A stretch of DNA of 64,000 bases from an uncultured Alphaproteobacteria bacterium (lineage in GTDB: Bacteria > Pseudomonadota > Alphaproteobacteria > Rhizobiales > Hyphomicrobiaceae), in assembly GCA_963732765.1 (NCBI GenBank), contig CAVTAS010000008.1:780311-844310 (forward strand). Reading direction: 5' to 3'. A program made the translations under genes and the position numbers. Position 1 is the first letter of the stretch. Each line of letters begins with the position of its first letter. This document shows positions 1 through 9,315 of the stretch, in pieces. Under the pieces are notes generated by a model, which worked only from the letters and a program-made list of their open reading frames with translations, was not told the DNA's origin and did no database searches.

Positions 1-728
1 ATCTCGATCGAGCCCTTGATGTCGTCAGGCGAGGCCAGGAACACACCGACTGAGCGGACCTCGGGAGCGCGGTAGTCCTCAGTGTGGGCGTCGAAGTAGG
101 TCTTGAGCTTGGCGTCGTCGGGCTTTGCCGGGGCGGGCACTTTGCTGGCGGGAACCGTGATGTATTCGATGGTGCGCTGTTCGCCCTCGAACTGGTTGAC
201 GGCCTCGACCAGGGCCTGTGGCGCCGGTGCGCCAACGGTCAGGCTGCCGACCAGTTGTTCGCGGATGCTGTCGCGACGGACCTTCTCGAAGTAAGCCGAA
301 TCCGACATCTGCAGGTTTTGCAGCGCATAGCGGAGCGCCGCGGGATCGAACTTGCCGTCAAGCCCCTGAAACGCCTTCTGGCTTTGCACGCGCGACTTCA
401 GCGCCTCGTCGCTGAGGCCGAGGTTCAGCGTTCGTGCGTGTCCGTCCACCAGCAGTCCACCGATGATACGCTCATCCAGGCCAAGTTGATGCGCCACGGC
501 CGGATCGATGTTCTGGCCGGTCTGTTGTTCCAGCTGCTTGAGTTCCTGGTTGAACAGATTGCGGTACTGCTCCGTGGTGACATTCTGGCCCGCCACCTGC
601 ACGATGGTGTTGGCGCCGCCGCTGTCCTGATCGTAGCGCACGCCCCAGACCATGAAGCTGATCACAAGCAGTCCCATCAGGAGCTTGGCGAACCAGCTGG
701 TGGCGCCCTGGCGCAAAGTGTCGAGCAT
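1..728 (-). CDS. Peptidyl-prolyl isomerase PpiD/SurA-N-domain family protein. Only the 5' part is in the window; the gene continues past position 1.
   Basis: Manual reverse-strand translation from the ATG at 728-726 gives MLDTLRQGATSWFAKLLMGLLVISFMVWGV..., a typical PpiD N-terminal membrane anchor. It is missing from the ORF track because no stop codon falls inside the window. It lies divergently upstream of tpiA. Confidence 0.6.
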   Translation of the reverse strand, partial: MLDTLRQGATSWFAKLLMGLLVISFMVWGVRYDQDSGGANTIVQVAGQNVTTEQYRNLFNQELKQLEQQTGQNIDPAVAHQLGLDERIIGGLLVDGHARTLNLGLSDEALKSRVQSQKAFQGLDGKFDPAALRYALQNLQMSDSAYFEKVRRDSIREQLVGSLTVGAPAPQALVEAVNQFEGEQRTIEYITVPASKVPAPAKPDDAKLKTYFDAHTEDYRAPEVRSVGVFLASPDDIKGSIE

Positions 729-879
729 GAGTTGTTGGATCCTTGGCGATCGCGTAAGAGCGGTGGTGCTGAGAGGGGTTGAGGGCGCGGACGGGCAGCA
801 CCCTGTTCCAGGTCGTTATAGGTAGGCCATGCCAGACCGGCAAGATGAAGTAGCGAAAAGACAAACAAGCGGGGTTGCA

Positions 880-1629
880 ATGCGTCCATTGGTGGCCGGA
901 AACTGGAAAATGAATGGACTGCGCGCCAGTCTTTTGGAGGCCGACGCGCTGGCCAACGGGTTAGCGGCAGGTGGCGAGGCCAAGTGCGATGTGATGCTGT
1001 GCCCGCCGTTCCCGCTGATCCCGGGACTGGCGGCGGCAGTCTCGGCGCGCGGCGTGATGGTCGGCGCGCAGGATTGCCACGTCAATGCCGCCGGCGCCCA
1101 TACCGGCGATGTCTCCGCCGAAATGCTGGCCGACGCTGGCGCAACGGCGGTGATCGTAGGGCACTCCGAACGCCGCGCCGATCACGGCGAGCATGACAGG
1201 GACGTCAAGGCCAAGGCCGAGGCTGCCTTGCGGGCTGGTTTGCTCGCGATCGTCTGTGTCGGCGAAACCGCCGGCCAGCGCCAATCGGGACTGACACTGG
1301 AAGTGGTCGCCCGTCAGCTCGCCGGATCGCTTCCCAAGGGAGCAACGGCGGCCAACACCGTGATTGCGTACGAGCCGGTTTGGGCCATCGGTACCGGGCT
1401 CACCGCCAGCACCGCCGACGTTGCCGAGGTGCACACCATGCTGCGCGAGAAGCTCACCGCTCTGCTGGGCGCCGAAGGGATCGCTGTGCGCATCCTCTAT
1501 GGTGGCTCGGTCAAACCCGCGAACGCCAAGGAACTCATGTCGGCAGCGCATGTCAACGGTGCACTGGTTGGCGGCGCGAGCCTGAAAGCTGCCGATTTCT
1601 TAGGGATTATCTCAGCTTATCGTGATTGA
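880..1629 (+). CDS. tpiA: Triosephosphate isomerase
   Basis: [13 protein letters not shown]...[12 protein letters not shown]...GGASLK; canonical TIM motifs. ATG at 880. Confidence 0.9.
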   Translation: MRPLVAGNWKMNGLRASLLEADALANGLAAGGEAKCDVMLCPPFPLIPGLAAAVSARGVMVGAQDCHVNAAGAHTGDVSAEMLADAGATAVIVGHSERRADHGEHDRDVKAKAEAALRAGLLAIVCVGETAGQRQSGLTLEVVARQLAGSLPKGATAANTVIAYEPVWAIGTGLTASTADVAEVHTMLREKLTALLGAEGIAVRILYGGSVKPANAKELMSAAHVNGALVGGASLKAADFLGIISAYRD

Positions 1630-1670
1630 GCGTCATAACGATGCGTCCGGCTTGCCGGAGGTGTTGTGGC

Positions 1671-2162
1671 ATGGCATCGAAGAAGCGTTGGCAACTCCCC
1701 GGGGGCCGAAGCGTGCGTCAAGTTACGATTTTCAGTGCTGCGGTCTGCGTTGCTATGGCGGCTCTTTCGCCGCTTGCGGCTGTCGCGCGTCCGCTGGATT
1801 CCACGGTCTGCGCCGATCTCGACAAGGAGAAGATCGCACTGGAAACCGCGGGAGTTGCAAACGATTTGCGTCTGACGCCGGATCAGGCGAAGGCGCTTGC
1901 GGCTGACCGGCTGAAACTTGTGCAGCGCTACGTGCAGGTTTCGGCCGATGTGTTGTTCCGTTGCCCGATCGCCGTCGTGATCGCACCCGAGGCAGCCCCG
2001 AAGGACGCCAAGCCGGCGGCTGCGCCGGGCGCAGAAATGGCCAAGATCGCCACCAGCGAAACGGCCAAAGGGGGTGGCGTGAAAGACGCGCCGAAAGTCA
2101 CCAAGCTGAGCAAGCCGGTGGCCAAACCGTCTGCCGCGAAGCCCAAAAGGGTCAAGCGCTAG
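1671..2162 (+). CDS. Hypothetical secreted protein with a Lys/Ala/Pro-rich histone-H1-like C-terminal tail
   Basis: Signal-peptide-like N-terminus MASKKRW...VCVAMAALSPLAAVA. C-terminus has AKPxAAKPK-type repeats. Alternative upstream starts exist at 1626 (TTG) and 1641. Confidence 0.45.
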   Translation: MASKKRWQLPGGRSVRQVTIFSAAVCVAMAALSPLAAVARPLDSTVCADLDKEKIALETAGVANDLRLTPDQAKALAADRLKLVQRYVQVSADVLFRCPIAVVIAPEAAPKDAKPAAAPGAEMAKIATSETAKGGGVKDAPKVTKLSKPVAKPSAAKPKRVKR

Positions 2163-2568
2163 GCGACCCATCGGGTTTTGAGTGCTGTTTGTTGCCGCTG
2201 CGCATGCCGACTTCCGCGCTGAAATGTTGGGCACGGCAGAGCATTTGCCGCCTTCGGCATCAAAAAGCCCAAGACAAGGTGATCACCTAGGCGCGCGCTT
2301 TGTCGCACCGGCACTGCCGCCAGAGGCAGAAACTAAGTGAATACCCCAGGAAACGAACACGCAACGAACGGCGCAACCGTGAGTTTTAGTGTTCGCCGAG
2401 CTGGCTTGACCGCCAGTGGGTGGCTTCACGTTCACAAGTCCTTTACCCGAACGAGCGACACATGAAATCACAACTTTAAGTTGTTTGCTCGCTCGAACTT
2501 CGTTAGGCAATCTGATGCACTCTCACTTCACCCGTTGGTAATCGACGTCATGGAACCTGGGGGCCCTA

Positions 2569-3297
2569 GTGGCGCAACGTGAAGTTGAACTGATGACCTT
2601 GGAGTTCGTCTCCAAGCTCGATGCGGTAGAGGGGTCGCAAGCCGCGTTACCCCTGTTCTCGGACTATGCCGAAAAGCTCGGCTTTTCCAACGCTATTTGC
2701 ATGCGAGTGCCCGAGCCCGGCGAGGATTTGAGTTCTAGTTTTCTGCTCAACACCTACCCACAAGAGTGGGTAAGGCATTATGGCGAAAGCGACTACATCT
2801 CGGTCGATCCCGTCGTTCGCGAGCTGTTCATCAATTACCACCCTTTCCTGTGGTCGGAAGTCACCGGACGCCGAGAAATGGGCGCTGTTGAACTTCAGAT
2901 CATGGCCGAAAGCGCCGAGATGGGCATGCGCCAGGGCTTCACGGTGCCGATCTATCAGGACGGCGGCTATACGGGTCTGGTCAGCTTGGCTGGTCGCGAA
3001 CCCATGATCACCGAAGAAAGCCGCGGAGCCGTGACGCTCGCGTCGATTTATCTCCACAACAAGCTCTCGACGTTGCGCAGGCGCGAGGCGCAAAATCACT
3101 ACGAACTGACCGAAAGGGAACTTGAATGCCTGCGCTGGGCCTCGGTCGGCAAGTCAGACTGGGAAATCGGCCATATCCTCACGATCAGTGCAAAGACGGT
3201 AAACTACCACATTGAGAACGCCAAACGTAAGTTCGGCGTCGCGACGCGTGTGCAGGCGATTGTCGCTGCGTTGCGGCTGGGCAGACTAGTCAACTAG
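2569..3297 (+). CDS. LuxR-family acyl-homoserine-lactone-responsive transcriptional regulator (autoinducer-binding domain plus C-terminal LuxR helix-turn-helix)
   Basis: N-terminal autoinducer-binding-like domain and C-terminal ELTERELECLRWASVGKSDWEIGHILTISAKTVNYHIENAKRKFGV helix-turn-helix. GTG start at 2569; alternative ATG at 2593. Confidence 0.8.
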   Translation: MAQREVELMTLEFVSKLDAVEGSQAALPLFSDYAEKLGFSNAICMRVPEPGEDLSSSFLLNTYPQEWVRHYGESDYISVDPVVRELFINYHPFLWSEVTGRREMGAVELQIMAESAEMGMRQGFTVPIYQDGGYTGLVSLAGREPMITEESRGAVTLASIYLHNKLSTLRRREAQNHYELTERELECLRWASVGKSDWEIGHILTISAKTVNYHIENAKRKFGVATRVQAIVAALRLGRLVN

Positions 3298-3498
3298 CTG
3301 CACCTTGTCTTAGTTCAGTCATTTATAGTCATAAGCGCCTGGATTTTCCAGAGCGGTGCCGATCTTATGTATTTACAGAGTAGATGAACAAGCCTGCGCT
3401 GTCGTTGCGTGATCGCAGCCAGCCTGATCTTCCGATAATCTGCCGCGACGGCCGAACGCGCTCGGCGGTGGAGACCCTAGGCCATTATTCCGCTTTGC

Positions 3499-3515
3499 GT
3501 AACCTAGGCGGTTAC
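3499..3515. promoter_or_regulatory. Candidate lux-box-like palindrome GTAACC-TAGGC-GGTTAC upstream of the AHL synthase gene
   Basis: 6-bp perfect inverted arms with a 5-bp spacer, centred about 72 bp upstream of the luxI-type start. It lies in the AT-rich luxR-luxI intergenic region. Confidence 0.3.
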
Positions 3516-3578
3516 CCGGCTTAACGGAAAATCAACCAAGACTAAAGCTGGCCCCTTCTCAAGTCAGTTGGAGGTCGG

Positions 3579-4256
3579 GTGATGTTGTTCGCGTATACCG
3601 GTAAGGACGAAAATCGCAACCGTGCGTTGTTCGAACAGATGTATCGTCAGCGCTACGAGATTTATGTGAAGCGCCGCAAATGGGGCGGGCTGAAGCCCAT
3701 CGGCGACCAGGAGCGTGACGAGTTCGATACCGCTTCGGCGGTGTATCTGGTGGCGCTGGACGCCGAGGACGAAATCCTGGCCGGCCTTCGGTTGCTGCCT
3801 ACCACCCGGCCGCACATCCTGGGTGATCTGTTTCCGCACCTCGCCGTCGAAGGTGTTCCGACCGGCCCCGACATCCTGGAGCTGACGCGCTTCTACATCG
3901 CCCCGTTCAAGTCCAGCCGCGCGGTGCGCGACTGGCTGGTCGGTGTGTTGTGTGCGGGGATGATCGAATATTGCCTTGCCAATAATGTGCGCCAGGTCAC
4001 CAGCGTGATCGACACTTTCTTGCTGAAGCTCATGCTCTCGATGGAATGGAGCGTGCGTCCCCTGGGCGTGCCGCGTCCTTATCCGGAAGGCGAAGCAGTG
4101 GCGGTGATCGTTGAAATGACGCCGGCAATCCTTGAGTCCACGCGCCGCACTAAGGGTGTCGTCGGCTCGGTGCTGGCCCGCCCCGGCTTTGAACGGGCGC
4201 GCATTCCCGCTGGCATCCGGACCGAAGCGATGGTGCTGCACGCGCTGCAGCAATAG
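3579..4256 (+). CDS. Acyl-homoserine-lactone synthase, LuxI family
   Basis: LuxI signature ...LELTRFYIAPF...; RBS GGAGG 6-9 nt upstream. GTG at 3579 or ATG at 3582. Confidence 0.85.
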   Translation: MMLFAYTGKDENRNRALFEQMYRQRYEIYVKRRKWGGLKPIGDQERDEFDTASAVYLVALDAEDEILAGLRLLPTTRPHILGDLFPHLAVEGVPTGPDILELTRFYIAPFKSSRAVRDWLVGVLCAGMIEYCLANNVRQVTSVIDTFLLKLMLSMEWSVRPLGVPRPYPEGEAVAVIVEMTPAILESTRRTKGVVGSVLARPGFERARIPAGIRTEAMVLHALQQ

Positions 4257-4376
4257 TCGGTTCGGCGTAGTAATCGGCCAGTCCGTGCCCTCAGGTTCCC
4301 CTTGCGGGAGCCTGAGGGCGCATGCCAAAACAGGCGCATCGAGACATCTGTCAATCGCCGCCCAAAGGTCCGCACC

Positions 4377-5354
4377 ATGGTCAAATTCAACGACGAACGC
4401 GAAAGCACCGACGTGGAGGACCGCCGCGGACAGGGCGGGTCGATGGGCGGCGCGGACGGCGGACTGCAGATCCCGATCGCGATCGGCGGCAAAGGTGGCA
4501 TGGGCATATTAGGCCTGTTGCTGATGCTTGGCCTGTGGTTCTTCTTCGGCATCGATCCGCGCACGTTTATGGGCGGAGACTCGCCATTCCAGATGCCAAC
4601 CCAGGATCAGAGCGGCCAGGCGCTGCCGAAGTGGGACATTCCACGCCTGCCCGGCAGCCAACCGGCCAATGCCGGTGTCGGCCCCGGCAACATCCGTCCG
4701 GGCAAGGACGCCGAACTCGACCACTACATCAAGCAGGTTCTGCTCAGCAATCGCGAGTATTGGACCTCGGCTTTCCAGGGTTTCGGCAAGGCCTATGCGC
4801 CGCCGCAACTGGTGCTGTACGATTCCGCCACGCGCACCGGCTGCGGCGTTGGCCAGGCGGCCATGGGGCCGTTCTATTGCCCGGAAGACCAGAAAGTGTA
4901 TCTGGATCTGACCTTCTATCGTGAGCTTGAGACGCGCTTTGGCGTCCCCGGCAACTTCGCGCAAGCCTATGTGGTTTCGCACGAGGTGGGCCATCATGTG
5001 CAAAAGCAACTCGGCATCGCCGATCAGGTCATGCAGTACAAGGAGCGCGTCAGCCAGAAAGACGGCAATGCGCTGCAGGTGCGCATGGAGCTGCAGGCCG
5101 ATTGCTTCGCCGGTGTCTGGTTCAACAATGCCGCCAAGTCGCGTCAGCTCACAATCGAGCCGGGCGACCTGGAAGGCGGTATGACCGCAGCCCATGCCAT
5201 CGGCGACGACACGCTGCAAAAACAGGCAACTGGCCGCATTGTGCCAGATGCCTTCACCCATGGTTCGGCAGAGCAGCGCATGCGCTGGCTGAAGCGTGGC
5301 CTGGAGAGCGGCAACCCGCAGGATTGCGATACCTTCAACACCAATGCGCTGTAG
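4377..5354 (+). CDS. YpfJ-family putative neutral zinc metallopeptidase
   Basis: N-terminus MVKFNDERESTDVEDRRG, Gly-rich region, TM segment, HEVGHH zinc motif and ADCFAGVW motif. Confidence 0.75.
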   Translation: MVKFNDERESTDVEDRRGQGGSMGGADGGLQIPIAIGGKGGMGILGLLLMLGLWFFFGIDPRTFMGGDSPFQMPTQDQSGQALPKWDIPRLPGSQPANAGVGPGNIRPGKDAELDHYIKQVLLSNREYWTSAFQGFGKAYAPPQLVLYDSATRTGCGVGQAAMGPFYCPEDQKVYLDLTFYRELETRFGVPGNFAQAYVVSHEVGHHVQKQLGIADQVMQYKERVSQKDGNALQVRMELQADCFAGVWFNNAAKSRQLTIEPGDLEGGMTAAHAIGDDTLQKQATGRIVPDAFTHGSAEQRMRWLKRGLESGNPQDCDTFNTNAL

Positions 5355-5504
5355 TTTAGGGCAACATCCACCGCTGCGGCATGTGAGGCCTTCGCAAAGC
5401 GCGCCGCGTCGCCTATATTGTCAGCTATGACATCAGCGCACGAATCCGCCTCCACGCCCGCCGCGCCCGCGCCTAAGCGCGCACGGCGGCCTTTGCCCAA
5501 GGTC

Positions 5505-5867
5505 ATGTCGCTTACGGATGCCGCGGCAACCCGTATCCGATCCATTATGGCCAACACCGATAGGCCGCTGGCCGGAGTACGGGTGGGCGTCAAGAACGGC
5601 GGCTGCGCGGGCATGGAGTATACGCTGGAATACGCCGAAAGTCGCAGCCCGCTCGACGAAGTCGTCGAGGATAAGGGCGTGCAGGTACTGATCGATCCGA
5701 AAGCCGTGCTGTTCCTGCTCGGCACCACCATGGACTTCGAGGTTGGCAAGCTGAAGTCCGGCTTTGTGTTCCACAATCCTAACCAGACCAGCGCCTGCGG
5801 TTGCGGCGAATCGGTCGCCATCACGCCGGCCAAGCCCGATAGCGCTGGCGGCGATGCCACCGCCTGA
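5505..5867 (+). CDS. HesB/IscA/ErpA-family iron-sulfur cluster insertion protein, with a C-terminal extension
   Basis: MSLTDAAATRIRSI...GGCAGMEY...CGCGES. The ORF may start further upstream, at 5418. Confidence 0.75.
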   Translation: MSLTDAAATRIRSIMANTDRPLAGVRVGVKNGGCAGMEYTLEYAESRSPLDEVVEDKGVQVLIDPKAVLFLLGTTMDFEVGKLKSGFVFHNPNQTSACGCGESVAITPAKPDSAGGDATA

Positions 5868-7414
5868 CGCGGGGGTCCCGCAAGCCCAGACGACGGTACT
5901 AGGCGCCGCCAGTGACTGGCTGGATCGCTTGTTGGCGGAGCCTGCCAAGGCGCTCGGCGTGCTCTGCACCGCCCAGGTGCTGTTTTGGACCCTGGCTTGC
6001 GCGCTCACCCACTATGGTCCGACGCGCGACATGGTGGAGAGCTACCTCTGGGGCCACGAGTGGGTCATCGGCACCCCTAAGCATCCCAACCTGCCGGGCT
6101 TGATCCTGGAATCCGGCCGGGTCCTGACGGGTTCGATTGCCTGGCCGGGCTATTTCTCGTCCGAGCTGCTGCTGGTCGGCACCTATCTCTGCACTTATGG
6201 CCTCGGCGCCGAGATCATGGGACCGCGTCGGGCGCTGGCGGGCGTGCTGCTGCTGACCGGCCTGTTCTACATGGCCTGGCCCAGCACGCTGATGAACCAC
6301 GATGTGGTGCAGATGCCGATCTGGGCCGGCCTGGTCTGGTTGCTGTGGCGGCAGCGCTCGTCGGCAAGTCTCGCCGGATGGCTGGCGCTTGGGCGCGCTG
6401 GCGGCCTTGGGTCTCTATGCCAAGCTCTCGTTTGGCGTCATGATTGCGTGTTGCGGGCTGTGGGTTCTCTACGATCCCCTGCTGTTTCGCCAGCTTGCCC
6501 GTCCCGCTCCCTGGGCGGGCCTTGCCCTCTTTGGCGTCCTTTGCCTGCCGCTGCTCGGCTGGCTGCGCAGCTCGCAATTCGTCGCGCTGGATTATGCCCG
6601 CGAGCAGAATGCCGCCGGCGGGGCAAGCCCCTGGGAGTTCCTCGGCGGGCAGATCCTGACCTCGCTTGGCGTGCTCGCTGTGGCGGTGCTGGCCGGCCTG
6701 ATCTGGCGCCGCGCCGGCGCACACGCACCCGGCCCCTTGCCGCCGCCGGTCGACGACGTGCCGCTGCCGACCCCCATCTCCATCCGTTATCTCGCCCACA
6801 TGCTCCTGATGCCCAATCTCATGACTACGTGGCTGGCCTGGATGATGTCTTCGGGCACGCGCGGCATGTGGGGCACGCCCATGCTCAGTCTGCTCGGCCT
6901 GCTGGTGGTGGCATTGGTCCCCGAGCGGCTCGATCGCATCACTCTGCGAAAGATCGCGCAGCTTGCCAGTGCGTTGCTGGTGGTCCTCCCCGCCATCTAC
7001 ATCGCCGACACGCTGATCGAACCTCGCATTTGGGGAAAACCAAAACGCCAGGGCTGGCCGCAGGCCGAAATGAATCAACGCTTTCAGGCGCTATGGCACC
7101 AACAAACCGGCAAGCCCCTGCGCATCGTCGGTGGAGATTTCTGGACAGCTGGCCTCGTCGCCCTCAGCCCCGGCGACATGCCCTCCATCTTCACCAATGG
7201 CAATTTCGATACCGCCCCCTGGATCACGCCCGAAAGGCTGAAACGGGAAGGCGCGCTGCTGGTCTGGCACGCCGGCGATCCAGCCGCTGGAATACCGCTC
7301 GATCTTCTGCCGATTGCTGGCGCCAACCCACCCCGCTTTGAGCGTTTCCAATGGCCGCTGATTACCGATGCGCCGCCGCTTTTGATCGGCTATGCCATTG
7401 TTCCACCGGCCTGA
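5854..7414 (+). pseudogene. ArnT/PMT-like (GT83/GT39) undecaprenyl-phosphate-sugar:lipid A glycosyltransferase, split by an apparent +1 frameshift near 6360-6395
   Basis: ORF 5764-7341 reads well up to ...MPIWAGLVWLLWRQ. The protein then continues in the frame of ORF 6302-7414 (...RLGALAALGLYAKLSFGVMIACCGLWVL...). Multi-pass membrane protein with an ArnT-like N-terminal motif (YGPTRDMVESYLWGHEW...KHPNLP). Confidence 0.6.
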
Positions 7415-7453
7415 CCGGCTGCCGATCTCCCACAAACCAATGCTAAACCCCTG

Positions 7454-8440
7454 ATGCCGCAGCAGCTTCTCTCTGTCATCGTGCCCGTGCTGAACGAGGC
7501 GGCCAATCTTGGCGAGCTCTCAGGGCGGCTGCGTACCGTGCTGGATACGCTGGACATCGGCTGGGAGGTGATCGCGATCGACGATGGCTCGACCGATGGC
7601 ACAATGGCGGCGCTGCGCGATCTGCACACGGCCGACCCGCGCTTTCGCGCCGTCTCGCTCAGCCGCAATTTCGGCAAGGAGCGCGCCATCGCGGCGGGCC
7701 TGGCCTATGCTCAAGGCGACGCCGCCGTGCTGATCGACGCCGATCTGCAGCATCCGCCCGAAGTCATTGCCGAGTTCCTGGTCGAATGGCGCAAGGGCTT
7801 CGATATCGTCTACGGCCAGCGCATCGATCGTAACACCGATGGGCCGGCGCGGCGCTATCTGGCGCGCGGTTTCTACCGCCTGTTCAGGTTGCTCTCGCGG
7901 ACCTCGCTGCCACCAGGGGCGGGCGATTTCCGCCTGCTGTCGCGCCGCGCGGTCGACGCCATGAACCGCTTTGGCGAGCGCGAGCGTTTCAACAAGGGCC
8001 TCTACTCCTGGATCGGCTTTCCCTCAATCGGCGTTCCCTACCGGGTCGCAGAGCGCAAGGCCGGGTTTGCCAAGTGGAGCCCGCGCAAGCTGATCCATTT
8101 CGCGCTCGACGGCATCTTCTCGTTCTCGACCATGCCGTTGCGCATTTCGGCCGTGCTCGGCCTGCTGATCTCGCTCGGCGCGGTCGGCTACGGTTTCTAT
8201 TTCCTGATCTATACGCTGATGTTCGGTATCGACCGGCCGGGCTTTCCTTCGCTGATCATCTCGATCATGTTTCTCAGCGGCGTGCAGTTGGTGTCGCTGG
8301 GCATCGTGGGCGAATATCTCGGCCGCGTGTACGAAGAAGTGAAAGCGCGCCCGCTGTTCCTGGTAGCTGAGGAAGTCGGGTTCGTTCGCCAGCCGGGCGC
8401 GGCCCGCGTGCTGGACCGTCCGATGGGAGATCGCGCATGA
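7454..8440 (+). CDS. GT2-family polyprenyl-phosphate glycosyltransferase (ArnC/LgmA/DPM1-like)
   Basis: LSVIVPVLNEAANL...IAIDDGSTDGT...DADLQHPPE... plus two C-terminal TM helices. Confidence 0.8.
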   Translation: MPQQLLSVIVPVLNEAANLGELSGRLRTVLDTLDIGWEVIAIDDGSTDGTMAALRDLHTADPRFRAVSLSRNFGKERAIAAGLAYAQGDAAVLIDADLQHPPEVIAEFLVEWRKGFDIVYGQRIDRNTDGPARRYLARGFYRLFRLLSRTSLPPGAGDFRLLSRRAVDAMNRFGERERFNKGLYSWIGFPSIGVPYRVAERKAGFAKWSPRKLIHFALDGIFSFSTMPLRISAVLGLLISLGAVGYGFYFLIYTLMFGIDRPGFPSLIISIMFLSGVQLVSLGIVGEYLGRVYEEVKARPLFLVAEEVGFVRQPGAARVLDRPMGDRA

Positions 8441-9315
8441 CCCCGGCACATCTTCCGCCTGGACCGCAAATTCTGCTGTGTGCCGATGATTTCGCCATCT
8501 CCAGCTCGGTGTCGAGGGGCATCGAAGAGGCGGTTGCGGCGGGACGCTTGTCGTCGACGTCGGCTTTCGCAACCTTCCCGGAGTGGCCAGCGGAGGCCAA
8601 GCGTCTGGCCGCCCTGCGCAACCAGATCGCCATCGGCCTGCATCTCAATTTCACTGTCGGTGCACCGCTTGGCGCCATGCCGATTCTCGCGCCATCAGGT
8701 GCGTTGCCGCCCATGATGGAACTGATGAACCGCAGCCTGCGCCGCGCCATCGACCCCGCCGAGATCGAAGCCGAGACGGTGCGCCAGCTGACGCGCTTTG
8801 CCGAGCATGTGGGGCATGCGCCCGACTATCTGGACGGGCACCAGCATGCCCATGCTCTACCCGGGATTGGCCCGGCCGTGCTCGCCGGCCTTACGCGCTG
8901 GGAGGCCGGCCGAAAGTCCATGATGGTGCGCGATCCTGGCGACACCTTTTCCCGCATCGTGCAGCGCAGGCGCTGCGTGAAGAAGGCTTTCAAGCTTGCC
9001 TGGCTGGTGGTCGGATTTGGCGGTCGCGTGCGCCGCTCTGGCCATCCAGTGAACGTCGGTTTTTCCGGCCACTCGCACTATATGACGAGCAGCCCCTATC
9101 CGCGCGAGTTGGAAGCCAGTTTCATCGCCACCGGCCCACGGCACCTGATGATGTGCCATCCGGGTTACGCGGACGAACTGCTGGCGTCGCGCGATTGGGT
9201 GACAGTGCGGCGTGAGCAGGAATTGCAGGGCCTCTTGAGCGCCGAAGGTCTGAAGGAACGGCTGTGGCGGCCGGATCGAGCCCGCGCCGATCTTTGGGCC
9301 GACTGGCGTGTCTGA
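8437..9315 (+). CDS. ChbG/HpnK (YdjC)-family carbohydrate deacetylase (LgmC-like)
   Basis: ILLCADDFAISSSVSRGIEEAV...HLN...DGHQHAH. Its start overlaps the GT2 stop (ATGA). Confidence 0.75.
   Translation: MTPAHLPPGPQILLCADDFAISSSVSRGIEEAVAAGRLSSTSAFATFPEWPAEAKRLAALRNQIAIGLHLNFTVGAPLGAMPILAPSGALPPMMELMNRSLRRAIDPAEIEAETVRQLTRFAEHVGHAPDYLDGHQHAHALPGIGPAVLAGLTRWEAGRKSMMVRDPGDTFSRIVQRRRCVKKAFKLAWLVVGFGGRVRRSGHPVNVGFSGHSHYMTSSPYPRELEASFIATGPRHLMMCHPGYADELLASRDWVTVRREQELQGLLSAEGLKERLWRPDRARADLWADWRV

Noticed and set aside
84-782. 232-aa + strand ORF at the window start
   Set aside because: It is antisense to the PpiD-like gene read from 728 downward. The sequence is low-complexity Gly/Ala/Leu-rich (MGVEVGLELGVVGLCRGG…), typical of shadow ORFs in high-GC DNA.
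2176-2245. Hairpin TGCCGCCTTCGGCA followed by an A-run, as a terminator after the lysine-rich protein gene
   Set aside because: An A-tract follows on the + strand, not a T-tract. It does not fit an intrinsic terminator in either orientation.
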